Positions 47,175 to 57,183 of a stretch of DNA of 64,000 nt are shown piece by piece; the stretch's first letter is position 1, and every line of letters starts with the position of its first letter. Source of the DNA: Candidatus Aenigmatarchaeota archaeon (GTDB lineage: Archaea > Aenigmatarchaeota > Aenigmatarchaeia > CG10238-14 > SpSt-28); assembly GCA_044343155.1 (NCBI GenBank), contig JAVZSS010000001.1:6023-70022 (forward strand), read 5' to 3'. Made by a program: the position numbers and the translations under genes. The notes below the pieces were generated by a model that was given only the letters and a program-made list of their open reading frames with translations, ran no database searches and was not told the origin of the DNA.

Positions 47175-48468
47175 TTTTACTGACAAATTTTTTATAAGAA
47201 GTTTCTAAAGCCTTTATTCCTGGTAACTCTCCTTTAGATAAATAATCTATTAAAGCCCCTCCAGCTAAACTAACATAAGAAAATTTGTTTTCAGGTATTC
47301 CAAATAGTTCTAATGCAGTTGATGTATCTCCTCCGCCAATTAAAGAAAATGTTTTTAATTCTGCTATCTTTTCTAAAATTTCTCTAGTTGATTTTGCAAA
47401 TGGTGCTTTTTCGTACATTCCCAAAGGACCTTTAACAATTATATATTTTGAGGAAGATAAAATTTCCTTAAATTTTTCAACAGTCTTTTTTCCAACATCT
47501 AAAATCAAACCAGAAGATGGTATACTATTAACATCGTATTCAACTCTTTCTCCATTTTCTTCAATAGCAACATCTTCAGGAATTACTATCTGTTTTTTTC
47601 TTTCTTTTAACAACTCTTTTGCCCTATCTAAAAGATTTAAATATCCTAACTTTTCCAAAACTTTCAAATTATCTTGATTTATATCAATTCCACTAGCATA
47701 CAAAAATAGATTTCCAATTAAACCACCAAGTAAAACTTTCTTCATTTCTATTCCTTTTTGGCTTAAAATTCTTTCCATAACTTTTAAACAATCATCGACT
47801 TTTGCTCCACCTAAAACAAAAGTGTCCCATTTTAGTTGAAATCTTGGTAAGTCGTGAACATAAATGTTTCCTACAATTTTAAAATTGTCTCCTAGTGAAA
47901 AAAACGCCTTGCTTATTGATTTTAACTCTTTCTCCATAACTCTTCCAGCTATAGATGGTAAAACCGTAGAAAAACCTACTATACTTGCATGTGCCCTATG
48001 AGAAGCTGAAAAACCGTCCAATATAAAATAATCAGCAAATGGATATAATTCTCTAACTATTGTTGAATTAGCGTGTTCCTCTATGCTTTTTTCCTTAGTT
48101 TCATCATCTAAAAATCTAACATTATCTAACAAGATTGCTTCTCCTTCCTTAAGATTTTTAATCTTACTTTTAGCTTTTTCTCCAACTACATCATTAACAA
48201 ACTCTATTTTTTTATCCAAGTATTTATTTAGAAGATCAGCATGTTTATCTAGGCTTATAAAATCTTCATCTCCCTTTCTACCTTGATGTGCTAAGACAAC
48301 AACTTTTGCTCTTCTATCTTGAAGCTCTTTTATAGTTTTTGCATGAGCTTTAATTCTTGGAGAATCTATCAATCTTTTTGAATCTGAATCATAAGGAGAA
48401 TTTATATCAACTCTAATCAAAACTGTTTTTCCGCTAAAATCAAAGCAATCCATAGTAAAGAAATTCAT
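47167..48468 (-). CDS. pgk: Phosphoglycerate kinase
   Basis: RVDINSP, HQGR, HRAHAS, GGAK, GGGDT; start moved to 48468. Confidence 0.96.
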   Translation of the reverse strand: MNFFTMDCFDFSGKTVLIRVDINSPYDSDSKRLIDSPRIKAHAKTIKELQDRRAKVVVLAHQGRKGDEDFISLDKHADLLNKYLDKKIEFVNDVVGEKAKSKIKNLKEGEAILLDNVRFLDDETKEKSIEEHANSTIVRELYPFADYFILDGFSASHRAHASIVGFSTVLPSIAGRVMEKELKSISKAFFSLGDNFKIVGNIYVHDLPRFQLKWDTFVLGGAKVDDCLKVMERILSQKGIEMKKVLLGGLIGNLFLYASGIDINQDNLKVLEKLGYLNLLDRAKELLKERKKQIVIPEDVAIEENGERVEYDVNSIPSSGLILDVGKKTVEKFKEILSSSKYIIVKGPLGMYEKAPFAKSTREILEKIAELKTFSLIGGGDTSTALELFGIPENKFSYVSLAGGALIDYLSKGELPGIKALETSYKKFVSKTI

Positions 48469-48512
48469 TAAAAATTTTTGTTTAAAATAATTAAAAATCT
48501 TTATAATCATAT

Positions 48513-48624
48513 GCTGGGGTCGCCTAACCAGGTAGGGCGCCGGTCTTGAGTTATCAAGATCTGATGAAAATGAAGAAAACCGGTGGGCTTAACGCCCGTG
48601 TGGGTTCAAATCCCACCCCCAGCG
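48513..48624 (+). tRNA. tRNA-Ser(TGA) with 27-nt intron at 37/38 (48551-48577)
   Basis: Same 5' end as tRNA-Ser(CGA); CCGGT-CT-TGA-G ... A-ACCGG; long variable arm. Confidence 0.9.
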
Positions 48625-48657
48625 ATATGTTTTTAAATCTATAAATCTTTACGATTT

Positions 48658-49839
48658 TTAAGAAGTCAATAATTTTCTTATTATTATTAAAAATGTCATT
48701 GAAAATGTTTGAGAAAAAACTATGAAAAATGTCAAATATGTTAAAGAAATTTCGTAAAGATAACCAATTAATGAAGAACCTATAAACAAAGATGCTCCTA
48801 AAATAAAAGAATAAATACCATATGCTATTCCTCTCTTTGAAATTGGAGAAACATCTGCAATGAAAGCTCTCATTATTGTTTCTTGCGTTCCAATAACGAA
48901 ACCATAAAGTAAAATTGCTATTATTATCAGGAATTTTGACTCAGAAAAAATAAAAAATGGTATCAATATGCTTAAGGATGGTATAATAAAAAGTAAATTT
49001 ACTTTATAGACTTTTTTTACTCTATCATAAATTTTACCTATAAATGGCGCTATTAGTGCATCAGAAAGCATAGCTAAAGAATACAAAAATACTATTATGT
49101 AATCTGGAAATATTTTATTTAACTTAAAATGATAACCTAAAATAGCAAAATTTATGAAGCCCAAAAAAGTGAAAAAGGAAAACAAAGTATAAAACCAAAA
49201 AATTTTTGTTAATCTTTCTTTTTTTACATTTTTCGAAACTTCTATTTTAATGTTTCGAGAGTAAGAGTAAGCCAAAAATAAAACAAAAATCAATATTATA
49301 AAGGGCAACGATAATATAGAGTAAGCAAATCTATAAATATTGATTTGGTTTTGAGAATAAACCAAAAACAAAAAACCTAATATAATTGGTCCTATTAAAG
49401 CTCCAACTTGATCTAACAGCTCTATTATACCAAAAGAAAATCCTATGTTTTTAGTTTTTTTAGTTAAAAAAGAAACAATAGTATCTCTAGCTGGACCTCT
49501 AATAGCTTTTCCTATTCTTTCAAATAGAATAAATATAAAAGCTACCTGCCAGGTTTTAGCCAAAGCAAGTAGTGGAATTGAAATTAAAAGAAAATAACCA
49601 AAAATTATGAAAAACCAATACTTTTTCGTTTTATCAGAAGCAAAACCGAATACGAATCTTAAAAAATTACTTAAAAGTTCTGTTAGTCCAGAAAAAAATC
49701 CTATAATAGAAGCTGAAGCGCCTAACAGAAGTAAATATTGGCCATTAATGCTTTTTGCACTCTCATAAATTAAATCTCCAAAAAGACTAACTAATCCAAA
49801 CATTATTATAAGCAATTGAATTTTTTTTATTTTCTCCAT
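48658..49839 (-). CDS. MFS transporter
   Basis: About 12 TM; ERIGKAIRGPARD. Confidence 0.9.
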   Translation of the reverse strand: MEKIKKIQLLIIMFGLVSLFGDLIYESAKSINGQYLLLLGASASIIGFFSGLTELLSNFLRFVFGFASDKTKKYWFFIIFGYFLLISIPLLALAKTWQVAFIFILFERIGKAIRGPARDTIVSFLTKKTKNIGFSFGIIELLDQVGALIGPIILGFLFLVYSQNQINIYRFAYSILSLPFIILIFVLFLAYSYSRNIKIEVSKNVKKERLTKIFWFYTLFSFFTFLGFINFAILGYHFKLNKIFPDYIIVFLYSLAMLSDALIAPFIGKIYDRVKKVYKVNLLFIIPSLSILIPFFIFSESKFLIIIAILLYGFVIGTQETIMRAFIADVSPISKRGIAYGIYSFILGASLFIGSSLIGYLYEISLTYLTFFIVFSQTFSMTFLIIIRKLLTS

Positions 49840-49873
49840 CTATTTATTTTTTCTAATGTAATTTAAGATAAAA

Positions 49874-50311
49874 ATGAGACTGTGGAGTATACATTCAAAA
49901 TATTTGGACAGAATAGGTTTAATTGCTGAGTGGAGAGAAGGTCTACTGGCTCAAAAGGTTTTATTAGGTAAAACAAAAGGCTATAAAAATCATCCACAAC
50001 TAATAAGATTCAAAAATTATGAAGATCCTGTGCTTGCTATAGGAACCTTTCTATTCCACGTTTATTTAGAGGGTAAAAGAAGGAATTTTAGTTTTGATAA
50101 ATCTAAAATTGTTAAGTTTGATGAAAAACTAGAAAAAATAATACCCATAACTAAGGGTCAAATAGAATATGAGTTTAAACTTTTAAGATATAAGATCAGT
50201 AAAAGAGAAGGAAGAATTATTAAAGAAGATGGAAAAATAGAAGTTAAGCCTATATTTTATGAAATAGATGGTCCTGTAGAAAGTTGGGAAAAAGTCAAAA
50301 ATTATGTTTAA
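49874..50311 (+). CDS. Pyrimidine-dimer DNA glycosylase (T4 endonuclease V-like) family
   Basis: MRLWSIH..YLD..GL.A.WREGLLAQ..GY.NHPQ. Confidence 0.85.
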   Translation: MRLWSIHSKYLDRIGLIAEWREGLLAQKVLLGKTKGYKNHPQLIRFKNYEDPVLAIGTFLFHVYLEGKRRNFSFDKSKIVKFDEKLEKIIPITKGQIEYEFKLLRYKISKREGRIIKEDGKIEVKPIFYEIDGPVESWEKVKNYV

Positions 50312-50317
50312 TATAAT

Positions 50318-51046
50318 TTAAGCAACGAAGAAATTTCCCAACAAAAATATGAATAAAATGCCGATTATAAAAAATAAAGCTGTCATAATATTTTTACCTT
50401 TATTGTTTTGATTCAATCTAGGAATTAGATCGGAAGCAGAAATGTACAGAAAACCACCTGCAGCAAAAGGCAATATCAAAAATACATACTCCTTAGGAAA
50501 TCCGAACCAGCCATACAATCCACCAATTATTGCACTAACTTGAGCTAAAAACTTTAATATCAACGCTTTTTTCTTACTGAATCCGCCATACAAAAGTGTT
50601 GCAAAACTTCCAAGCTCTTGTGGAATTTCGTGCAGTATTATTGCTAAAACTACAAATAATCCCAAATTAAAGTTTATTATAAATGTTGCTGCTATGGTTA
50701 ACCCATCTATAAAATTATGAACAAAATCTCCTATTAGTAAAAGGTAGCTAAAAGAATGAATTTTACACCTAATTTCATGACAATGATGCCAATTTATTAC
50801 TTTTTCTAAAAAGAAAAATGAAACAAAACCTATTAATAAAAGCGTAATTGCTTCTTTAGCCTCTATTTCTTCTAAACTTTCCAAAAACAAATGGTACAAT
50901 CCTGCTGATAACAAAACACCTGCTGAAAAAGCAACTAAAGGTAAAATTATTTTTCTTAATAATCTATCATTTACTATAAATGAAAAAACGCCGATGAGAC
51001 CTAGAAAACTAACTATAATCGTTGAAAATATTATCCAAACTAACAT
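50318..51046 (-). CDS. ZIP family metal transporter
   Basis: WHHCH, HNFIDG, HEIPQELG. Confidence 0.92.
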   Translation of the reverse strand: MLVWIIFSTIIVSFLGLIGVFSFIVNDRLLRKIILPLVAFSAGVLLSAGLYHLFLESLEEIEAKEAITLLLIGFVSFFFLEKVINWHHCHEIRCKIHSFSYLLLIGDFVHNFIDGLTIAATFIINFNLGLFVVLAIILHEIPQELGSFATLLYGGFSKKKALILKFLAQVSAIIGGLYGWFGFPKEYVFLILPFAAGGFLYISASDLIPRLNQNNKGKNIMTALFFIIGILFIFLLGNFFVA

Positions 51047-51190
51047 AGTTAGTAATTTGATTAATATGTTAAAAACAACAAACGGTAAGAAATTGAAATC
51101 TCTGCTAATTTTAAAATAAAATACTTAATTGTTTTCACTACCCTTAAGTAATTAATATTTATATACTTTTCTTCCCAATTATTAATAGGG

Positions 51191-51628
51191 GTGAAAACGA
51201 TGTACATAGAAAATATTCCAATTGAAAATAGAATAGGAACATATGTTGCAGGAATTGTAAGGCTGGCTTTAGAAGAAGATGAATTACTTAAACATAACGA
51301 AAAAGAAGAAATAAACAATGCAATAAAACTATTATCTTACTTGGTAGGAGTAAACGACATGCTCCTAGAGCTATATAATATAAATCCCTCAAAAGTTGAT
51401 GAGTTCGTTAGAACTAATCGCGCTCAATATCTACTAATAGAGTTAATAGAAAAACGAACATATTCAGCTTTAGAAATGAATCCTTATAGTCCTCCAGATG
51501 TTAAACTACTAAACCATATTTTTCTTAACACTAAGGAGGACTTAGAAGGAATTTCAAATAAACTAAGAAACTTCCTAGAAGAATCTAAAAACGAACTTAA
51601 AAGATTACACCAAGAAATGTACATTTAA
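51191..51628 (+). CDS. Hypothetical protein
   Basis: 145-aa isolated ORF; no recognised motif. Confidence 0.55.
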   Translation: MKTMYIENIPIENRIGTYVAGIVRLALEEDELLKHNEKEEINNAIKLLSYLVGVNDMLLELYNINPSKVDEFVRTNRAQYLLIELIEKRTYSALEMNPYSPPDVKLLNHIFLNTKEDLEGISNKLRNFLEESKNELKRLHQEMYI

Positions 51629-51707
51629 ATATTTTTTTCTTTTTCTTTCATAATTTCTTAAAAATAGGAAAATTAGCTACTGAAGACGATAACTACAATT
51701 TTTTAGA

Positions 51708-52277
51708 TCATATCTTTTCTTCTACTACTTCAGCTTCAAACTTATAAAATTCCGTACCTTCCTTAGTCCATTCATTAGGAGGTAATCCTGCTTTTATACA
51801 TAAATGAGAAAGAAACTCTTCTTTTTTCGGAATATCATCCCAAACTTGAGGTAAAAACAAAGCAGATTTAGTACCTTTTTTTATTATTATACCATCTTTA
51901 AATGGTCTAATTTTTTCCAAAATTTCTTTATAATTTTTCCCTTCTATTTTTTCTGGCTTACTTAGTATAGAAACTTCAACAAATATTTCTTTTAGTTCTT
52001 TTTCATCTAAAGGTGGGAATCTAGGGTCTCTAGTCGCTGATATAGCAGCTTCGATTATTCCCTCTATTAATGGTTTTGTTGGATATGGTAAACCTATACA
52101 GCCTCTTAAATAGCTCTGATTATTTACCTTCTTATATATTGTTACAAAAACTCCTCTTTTTTCATTTAATTCACTGGGATATTCTCTGGGTTTTGAAATT
52201 ATTCTATTTGCTTTTACATAAACTTCAATAGCTTTTTTTGCAAGATTTATAATGAACTTTTTGGTTTCCTCTTCCAT
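51708..52277 (-). CDS. AMMECR1 / AmmeMemoRadiSam protein A
   Basis: GVFVT, LRGCIG, DPRF, LFLPQV. Confidence 0.92.
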   Translation of the reverse strand: MEEETKKFIINLAKKAIEVYVKANRIISKPREYPSELNEKRGVFVTIYKKVNNQSYLRGCIGLPYPTKPLIEGIIEAAISATRDPRFPPLDEKELKEIFVEVSILSKPEKIEGKNYKEILEKIRPFKDGIIIKKGTKSALFLPQVWDDIPKKEEFLSHLCIKAGLPPNEWTKEGTEFYKFEAEVVEEKI

Positions 52278-52600
52278 TATTTAATTTTACTTCCTTCCTT
52301 TACATCTTTTATCGGTTGAAGTAAAGCTATATTCTTCTCATCTTCAGCAGCAAGAATCATACATTCCGACTCTATTCCCATAATTTTTCTTCTCTCTAAA
52401 TTTGTAACAAAAATAAATTTTTTCTCAACTAATTCTTCTGGTTTATATTGTTGTTTTATTCCAGCTACAGCTATCCTTTTTTCATTTCCAAAATCAACAA
52501 TTAACTTATATAATTTGTTAGAGTTTGGAATTTCTTCTACTTTAATAACTTTCCCAACTTTCATTTCAATTTTTGAAAAATCCTCATAACTTACAGTCAT
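52277..52600 (-). CDS. Stand-alone tRNA-binding OB-fold protein (Trbp111/MetRS C-terminal-like)
   Basis: KLYKL.VDFG, NLERRK.MGIESECM. Confidence 0.9.
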   Translation of the reverse strand: MTVSYEDFSKIEMKVGKVIKVEEIPNSNKLYKLIVDFGNEKRIAVAGIKQQYKPEELVEKKFIFVTNLERRKIMGIESECMILAAEDEKNIALLQPIKDVKEGSKIK

Positions 52601-52636
52601 TCTAAAAAATTAAAAAGAGAGAATAAAAATTTTATA

Positions 52637-52900
52637 CTACTTTTTTCTCCTAGATTTTCTTTCTTTTTCCTCTATTTCTTTTTCTTCTTTTTGAAGTTCT
52701 TTTTCAATTTTCCACTCATCCCATTCTAGCCAAACTATCAAAACTCCTAATAGAAGAACAAACAATGGTAAAGCTCCATTTATTACTGTTAATACGTCTT
52801 TTAAAGCTGGTGCTAAAATTCCTGGAATTCCTGCAAAAATATAGTATATACTTGCTAGAATCAATATTACTCCTATTAAAGCTTTTGCTAATGGATGCAT
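52637..52900 (-). CDS. Small membrane protein
   Basis: Two TM helices and a charged tail. Confidence 0.7.
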   Translation of the reverse strand: MHPLAKALIGVILILASIYYIFAGIPGILAPALKDVLTVINGALPLFVLLLGVLIVWLEWDEWKIEKELQKEEKEIEEKERKSRRKK

Positions 52901-52961
52901 ACTATCACTAAAAATAATTTCGAATTAAAACATTTAAATCTAAAGAAACAATTGGTTTTTT

Positions 52962-53498
52962 ATGATAAACTTATATAAGGCCTTAGCAAATCTCTGGAAA
53001 ATTAGATTTAAAAAGGATGAATTAGAAAATTTAGTAAAAAAAAGGCTCGAAGAATGGAGAAAACAACCAGCTGTTATTAGAATTGAAAAACCTACTAGAT
53101 TGGATAGAGCCAGAGCTTTGGGTTACAAAGCTAAACAAGGATTTATAATTGCTAGAGTTAGGGTTAGAAAAGGAGGAAAGCCAAGGAGATTATATGAAAG
53201 ATCTGGTGGTAGAAAGCCTTCTTCTGCAGGCTTACTTAAATTTACAGCAAGAAAATCCGACAGATGGATAGCAGAAGAAAGGGCAGCGAGAAAGTTTCCC
53301 AATTTAGAAGTATTAAATTCTTACTATGTTGGTGAAGATGGAATGTATAAATGGTTTGAAGTAATACTAGTTGATCCTCATCATCCCAATATTCAAAATG
53401 ATCCAAAAATAAACTGGATTTGCTCTCCGAAAAATAGAAGAAGAGTTTTCAGAGGTTTAACTAGTGCTGGAAAAAAATCGAGAGGATTAAAGTCATAA
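52962..53498 (+). CDS. rpl15e: 50S ribosomal protein L15e
   Basis: [33 protein letters not shown]. Confidence 0.97.
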   Translation: MINLYKALANLWKIRFKKDELENLVKKRLEEWRKQPAVIRIEKPTRLDRARALGYKAKQGFIIARVRVRKGGKPRRLYERSGGRKPSSAGLLKFTARKSDRWIAEERAARKFPNLEVLNSYYVGEDGMYKWFEVILVDPHHPNIQNDPKINWICSPKNRRRVFRGLTSAGKKSRGLKS

Positions 53499-53522
53499 AT
53501 TTAGAAAATTTAAACTATTTCT

Positions 53523-54806
53523 ATGACCAAATTAGAAAAAAAATTTGATATTCCACAACTAATATTTTTGGGAATAGCAAACATAATTGGAGCTGGAATA
53601 TATGTAGTTGGTGGTATAGCGGCTGGAATTGCTGGCCCATCTGTAATAATTTCTTTTATAATAGCTGGAATTATAGCAACTCTAACCGCTCTTGTTATTG
53701 CAGAATTATCCTCTGCTATAACAGACATTGGAGAATCTTATACATATTCAAAAAAAGCCTTTGGAAATTATATTGGGTTTATTGTTGGTTTTATCAGATT
53801 TTTAAGCTCAGTTTTTTCCACAACCTCGGTATCAATGGGGTTTTCAGCATACTTAATAATATTCTTTTTTCCAAACTACAATTTTCCTATCTTTCTATAT
53901 TTACTTTCAACTTTAGTAATAATAATTTCATCTGTACTAAATATCTTAGGAATATCTAAAATGATTAAATTCGCCACATTTCTAACTATCTTTAAAATAT
54001 TCGCCCTTTCATTTTTTATAACTTTAGGAATACATTACTCATTAAAAAATTTCGACATACAAAAACTGATTCCTCCATTTCCAAATGGTTTTAAAGCTAC
54101 TTTAGAGGCAGCTAGTTTAGTTTTTTTTGCTTACATAGGTTTTCAAACTATTGCTTTGGCTTCTGAAGAAACAAAAAATCCAAAGAAAAACATACCTTTA
54201 GCTATTTTTTTCACCATGCTATTTTGCTCAATATTTTATACTCTTATATCTTTAATTCAGATTACCACAGTATATTGGTATGAATTAAAAAATGTTGAGT
54301 ATTCTTTGCTTTATATTACAAGAAAAATAACAGAAAATTATATAGTAAATCTTTTGATAACATCCTCTGCCTTGGCTGCAATGCTTTCAGTTTTATTGAC
54401 AACTGTATACTCTAGCTCAAGAATTGCTTATGCTCTTGCAAAAGATGGTTTTCTTCCCAGTTTTCTCAAAAAAATAGATAAAAAATATAAAACTCCTATA
54501 TACTCTATTATAATTTCTTGTTTCTTGAGTACTCTTCTTTTACTAATAAAAAATCTATCCACATTAATTTCATTTGTAAGCTTTGGCTATCTAACGATAT
54601 TTCTAATTACACATTTAAGCTTGATAAAACTGAAGAAAAAAATAAAACCAAAATTTGAACTACCATTTCATCCATTCATACCAATAATTTCTATATTTTT
54701 TATAATTGTTTTAATAGCATTCCTAGAAAACACTGCCAAACTATTAGGGATTTGTTTTATTTTAATAGGAAGTTTAATTTATCTTTTCTTAACAAAAAGA
54801 AAATAG
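53523..54806 (+). CDS. APC-family amino acid permease
   Basis: IIGAGIY, FFAYIGF, EETKNPKK.IP. Confidence 0.92.
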   Translation: MTKLEKKFDIPQLIFLGIANIIGAGIYVVGGIAAGIAGPSVIISFIIAGIIATLTALVIAELSSAITDIGESYTYSKKAFGNYIGFIVGFIRFLSSVFSTTSVSMGFSAYLIIFFFPNYNFPIFLYLLSTLVIIISSVLNILGISKMIKFATFLTIFKIFALSFFITLGIHYSLKNFDIQKLIPPFPNGFKATLEAASLVFFAYIGFQTIALASEETKNPKKNIPLAIFFTMLFCSIFYTLISLIQITTVYWYELKNVEYSLLYITRKITENYIVNLLITSSALAAMLSVLLTTVYSSSRIAYALAKDGFLPSFLKKIDKKYKTPIYSIIISCFLSTLLLLIKNLSTLISFVSFGYLTIFLITHLSLIKLKKKIKPKFELPFHPFIPIISIFFIIVLIAFLENTAKLLGICFILIGSLIYLFLTKRK

Positions 54807-54812
54807 AAATTT

Positions 54813-55523
54813 ATGTATGACTTGCATGTACACAGCACTTTTAGTGGTGGTGAATCTACACTAGAAGAAATAGTAAAAACTGCTAAAGAACTAGGCTATA
54901 AAGGAATTGGTTTTATATCCTATTTACTCAAAAAGGAAGAGGAAAATATATTGATTGCTGAAATAAAAAGAGTTTCGTCTCAATTTAATTTCGAAATATT
55001 TTTTGGTTATGAAGCAACAAATAGAAAGGAAGTTTTTCACCTATTGAAAAGAAGAAAAGAAATAGATTTGATTTTAGTTAGAGGCGGAAAAATAGAAATG
55101 AATAGAGTAGCTGTAGAAAACAGAGGAATAGATATTTTGACGCATCCGGATTTTGAAAGGAAAGATTGTGGAGTAAATCATGTTATAGCAAAATTTGCAA
55201 AAGAAAACGAAGTTGCAATTGAAATTAACTTTAGAGAAGTTTTAAATTCTGAAAAAGTTAAAAGATCACAAGTTCTAAAAAATCATAATCAAATAATAAA
55301 CTTGTACAAAAAATTTAAATTTCCCTTAACTATTTCTTCTGGATCTCTATCTCATTGGCAAATAAAAGATCCAAAAGTTCTAATTTCTTACTTGGTAACA
55401 CTTGGTTTGGAAATTCATGAAGCAAAAAAAATTTTGAAAGAATATCCTAAAAAGATTATAGAAAGGTCAAAAGAATGGAAAGATGAAAAATGGATTATGA
55501 GGGGGGTTAAATTACTAGATTAA
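54813..55523 (+). CDS. rnp3: RNase P protein component 3 (Rpp30)
   Basis: YDLHVH, NRVAVEN..IDIL, VAIEINF PHP-like pattern. Confidence 0.88.
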   Translation: MYDLHVHSTFSGGESTLEEIVKTAKELGYKGIGFISYLLKKEEENILIAEIKRVSSQFNFEIFFGYEATNRKEVFHLLKRRKEIDLILVRGGKIEMNRVAVENRGIDILTHPDFERKDCGVNHVIAKFAKENEVAIEINFREVLNSEKVKRSQVLKNHNQIINLYKKFKFPLTISSGSLSHWQIKDPKVLISYLVTLGLEIHEAKKILKEYPKKIIERSKEWKDEKWIMRGVKLLD

Positions 55524-55745
55524 CTATGTTCTAACGACTTTTTTTCCACCCTCCCAACTTTCCCATTCTATCCATTCGTCTGGAGCTAAAACTACATTAT
55601 GAACCCATTCGTATGTTGCATAACCTGTACTAGTATCGGATTTTGCAAAGCATATTCTATCAATTACGTTTGCATGTTCTCTACATACTGCTTTTCCGCC
55701 TATAGAAACAGCAACAGCATCTTTACCACAAAACCAACACTTCAT
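55524..55745 (-). CDS. Small CxxC...CxxH zinc-finger-like protein
   Basis: MKCWFC...VCREHA; GAGGTG SD; translationally coupled. Confidence 0.65.
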   Translation of the reverse strand: MKCWFCGKDAVAVSIGGKAVCREHANVIDRICFAKSDTSTGYATYEWVHNVVLAPDEWIEWESWEGGKKVVRT

Positions 55746-55963
55746 TTTTTCACCTCCATTAAAAGCAAATATGGTATTTGTTTATAAGAAACAAAAAACA
55801 AAACAAAGATGATTATAACAAAAAGGAGAATAGTCGATATTAAATCAAAAGGAGAAACCTTTTGATTTGAGTATGCATAATACATTTGAACAGATAGTAA
55901 TAAGAAAATTATCAAAACGAACCATGCAACCCACTTTGGTAAAATAATCTTTTTTAGCTTCAC
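55742..55963 (-). CDS. Small two-TM membrane protein
   Basis: Overlapping start/stop with both neighbours. Confidence 0.6.
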   Translation of the reverse strand: MKLKKIILPKWVAWFVLIIFLLLSVQMYYAYSNQKVSPFDLISTILLFVIIIFVLFFVSYKQIPYLLLMEVKK

Positions 55964-57129
55964 ACAATTTCACCATATACTTGCTCAGTTTTTTTAGCGA
56001 TTTCATCCCAATTGAAAACTGTTTCGGCAGCGTATCTTCCTTTTTCACCCATCCATCTTGCATGCTCCAAATTTCTTAAAATTTCTTTAATACCCCACGC
56101 TATTGAGTTTGGAGCTTGATAGACTCTATATCCCGTTACATTATGCCATATTAGTTCGCCTGCACCTGTTCCATGAGTAGCTATAACTGGCTTTTTACAA
56201 GCCCACGCCTCTAAAACTACAATTCCAAATGGCTCATTTCTACTTGGAACAACAACAACTTCACTAGCTTTAATAATCTTAGTTTTCCAATCATTAGGAA
56301 TATATCCAGTAAATCTAACTGCATGCCATAAATTCAATTCAGAAACTCTTTTTTCTAGTTGATGTTTCATATATCCATCCCCAATAAATACAAATTTCGC
56401 ATTTGGAAAATCTTTCAAAACGTCTGGTATAGCTTCAACTAATAGATCTGGACCTTTTTGATAAGTCATTCTACCAACAAAAACTATAAGTGGGTCATAA
56501 ACACCAAAACCAAAATGTTTCTTTACATCATTCCATGCATCTATTTCTCCATCAAATTTATGTGCCCAAATTCCATTTGGAACAATTCTAATTTTCCAAT
56601 CTGGAACTCTATATAACCTCATAACCTCATCTTTCATAACATTAGAACAAACTATAAGTCTATCTGCTATATATGTCCCATACCACTCTAAATTTGCTAT
56701 ATCTTGGGCATAACCGCCATTTAAATTATTACCATCCCTTCCATATTGGGTTGAGTGAAGAGTAAAAACTATCTTTCTTCCTCTAGCTTTTTTTATTTCA
56801 TCTAGTGCCATAACTACATGCCAATCATGACCATGAACAATATCAAACTTTCCTATATAATTTTCTGTTTCAAAAAAATAGTAAGCCATTGATTTACACA
56901 TATTATTACTCATTTCATATATAAAGTTTCTATCGAAATTAAAAGGGCATCTATGATAATGTACTCCATCAATATTTTGATATAAACTCTGATTGTTTCC
57001 TATTCTTGTAAAAACATGGACTTCATGACCTAATCTTTGTAACGCAGCAGCCAATTCCGTAACATGAACTGCTAAACCTCCACAAGCAATAGAATGTAAG
57101 GATTCCCAACTAAAAAAAGCGATTCTCAT
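55960..57129 (-). CDS. Glycosyltransferase family 4 (glycogen-associated)
   Basis: WES...GGLA, HDWH, QKGPD, EPFGIVVLEAW. Confidence 0.9.
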   Translation of the reverse strand: MRIAFFSWESLHSIACGGLAVHVTELAAALQRLGHEVHVFTRIGNNQSLYQNIDGVHYHRCPFNFDRNFIYEMSNNMCKSMAYYFFETENYIGKFDIVHGHDWHVVMALDEIKKARGRKIVFTLHSTQYGRDGNNLNGGYAQDIANLEWYGTYIADRLIVCSNVMKDEVMRLYRVPDWKIRIVPNGIWAHKFDGEIDAWNDVKKHFGFGVYDPLIVFVGRMTYQKGPDLLVEAIPDVLKDFPNAKFVFIGDGYMKHQLEKRVSELNLWHAVRFTGYIPNDWKTKIIKASEVVVVPSRNEPFGIVVLEAWACKKPVIATHGTGAGELIWHNVTGYRVYQAPNSIAWGIKEILRNLEHARWMGEKGRYAAETVFNWDEIAKKTEQVYGEIV

Positions 57130-57183
57130 TTTTTAAATTAAACAACGTATTTAAATATTTTCGAAAAAATTTTTAAGTATTTC

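Noticed and set aside
15238..48543. Identical ~33-bp sequence at 15238 and 48511 as possible att sites of a 33 kb island
   Set aside because: Both copies are 5' parts of complete tRNA-Ser isoacceptors, and the interval is full of core genes
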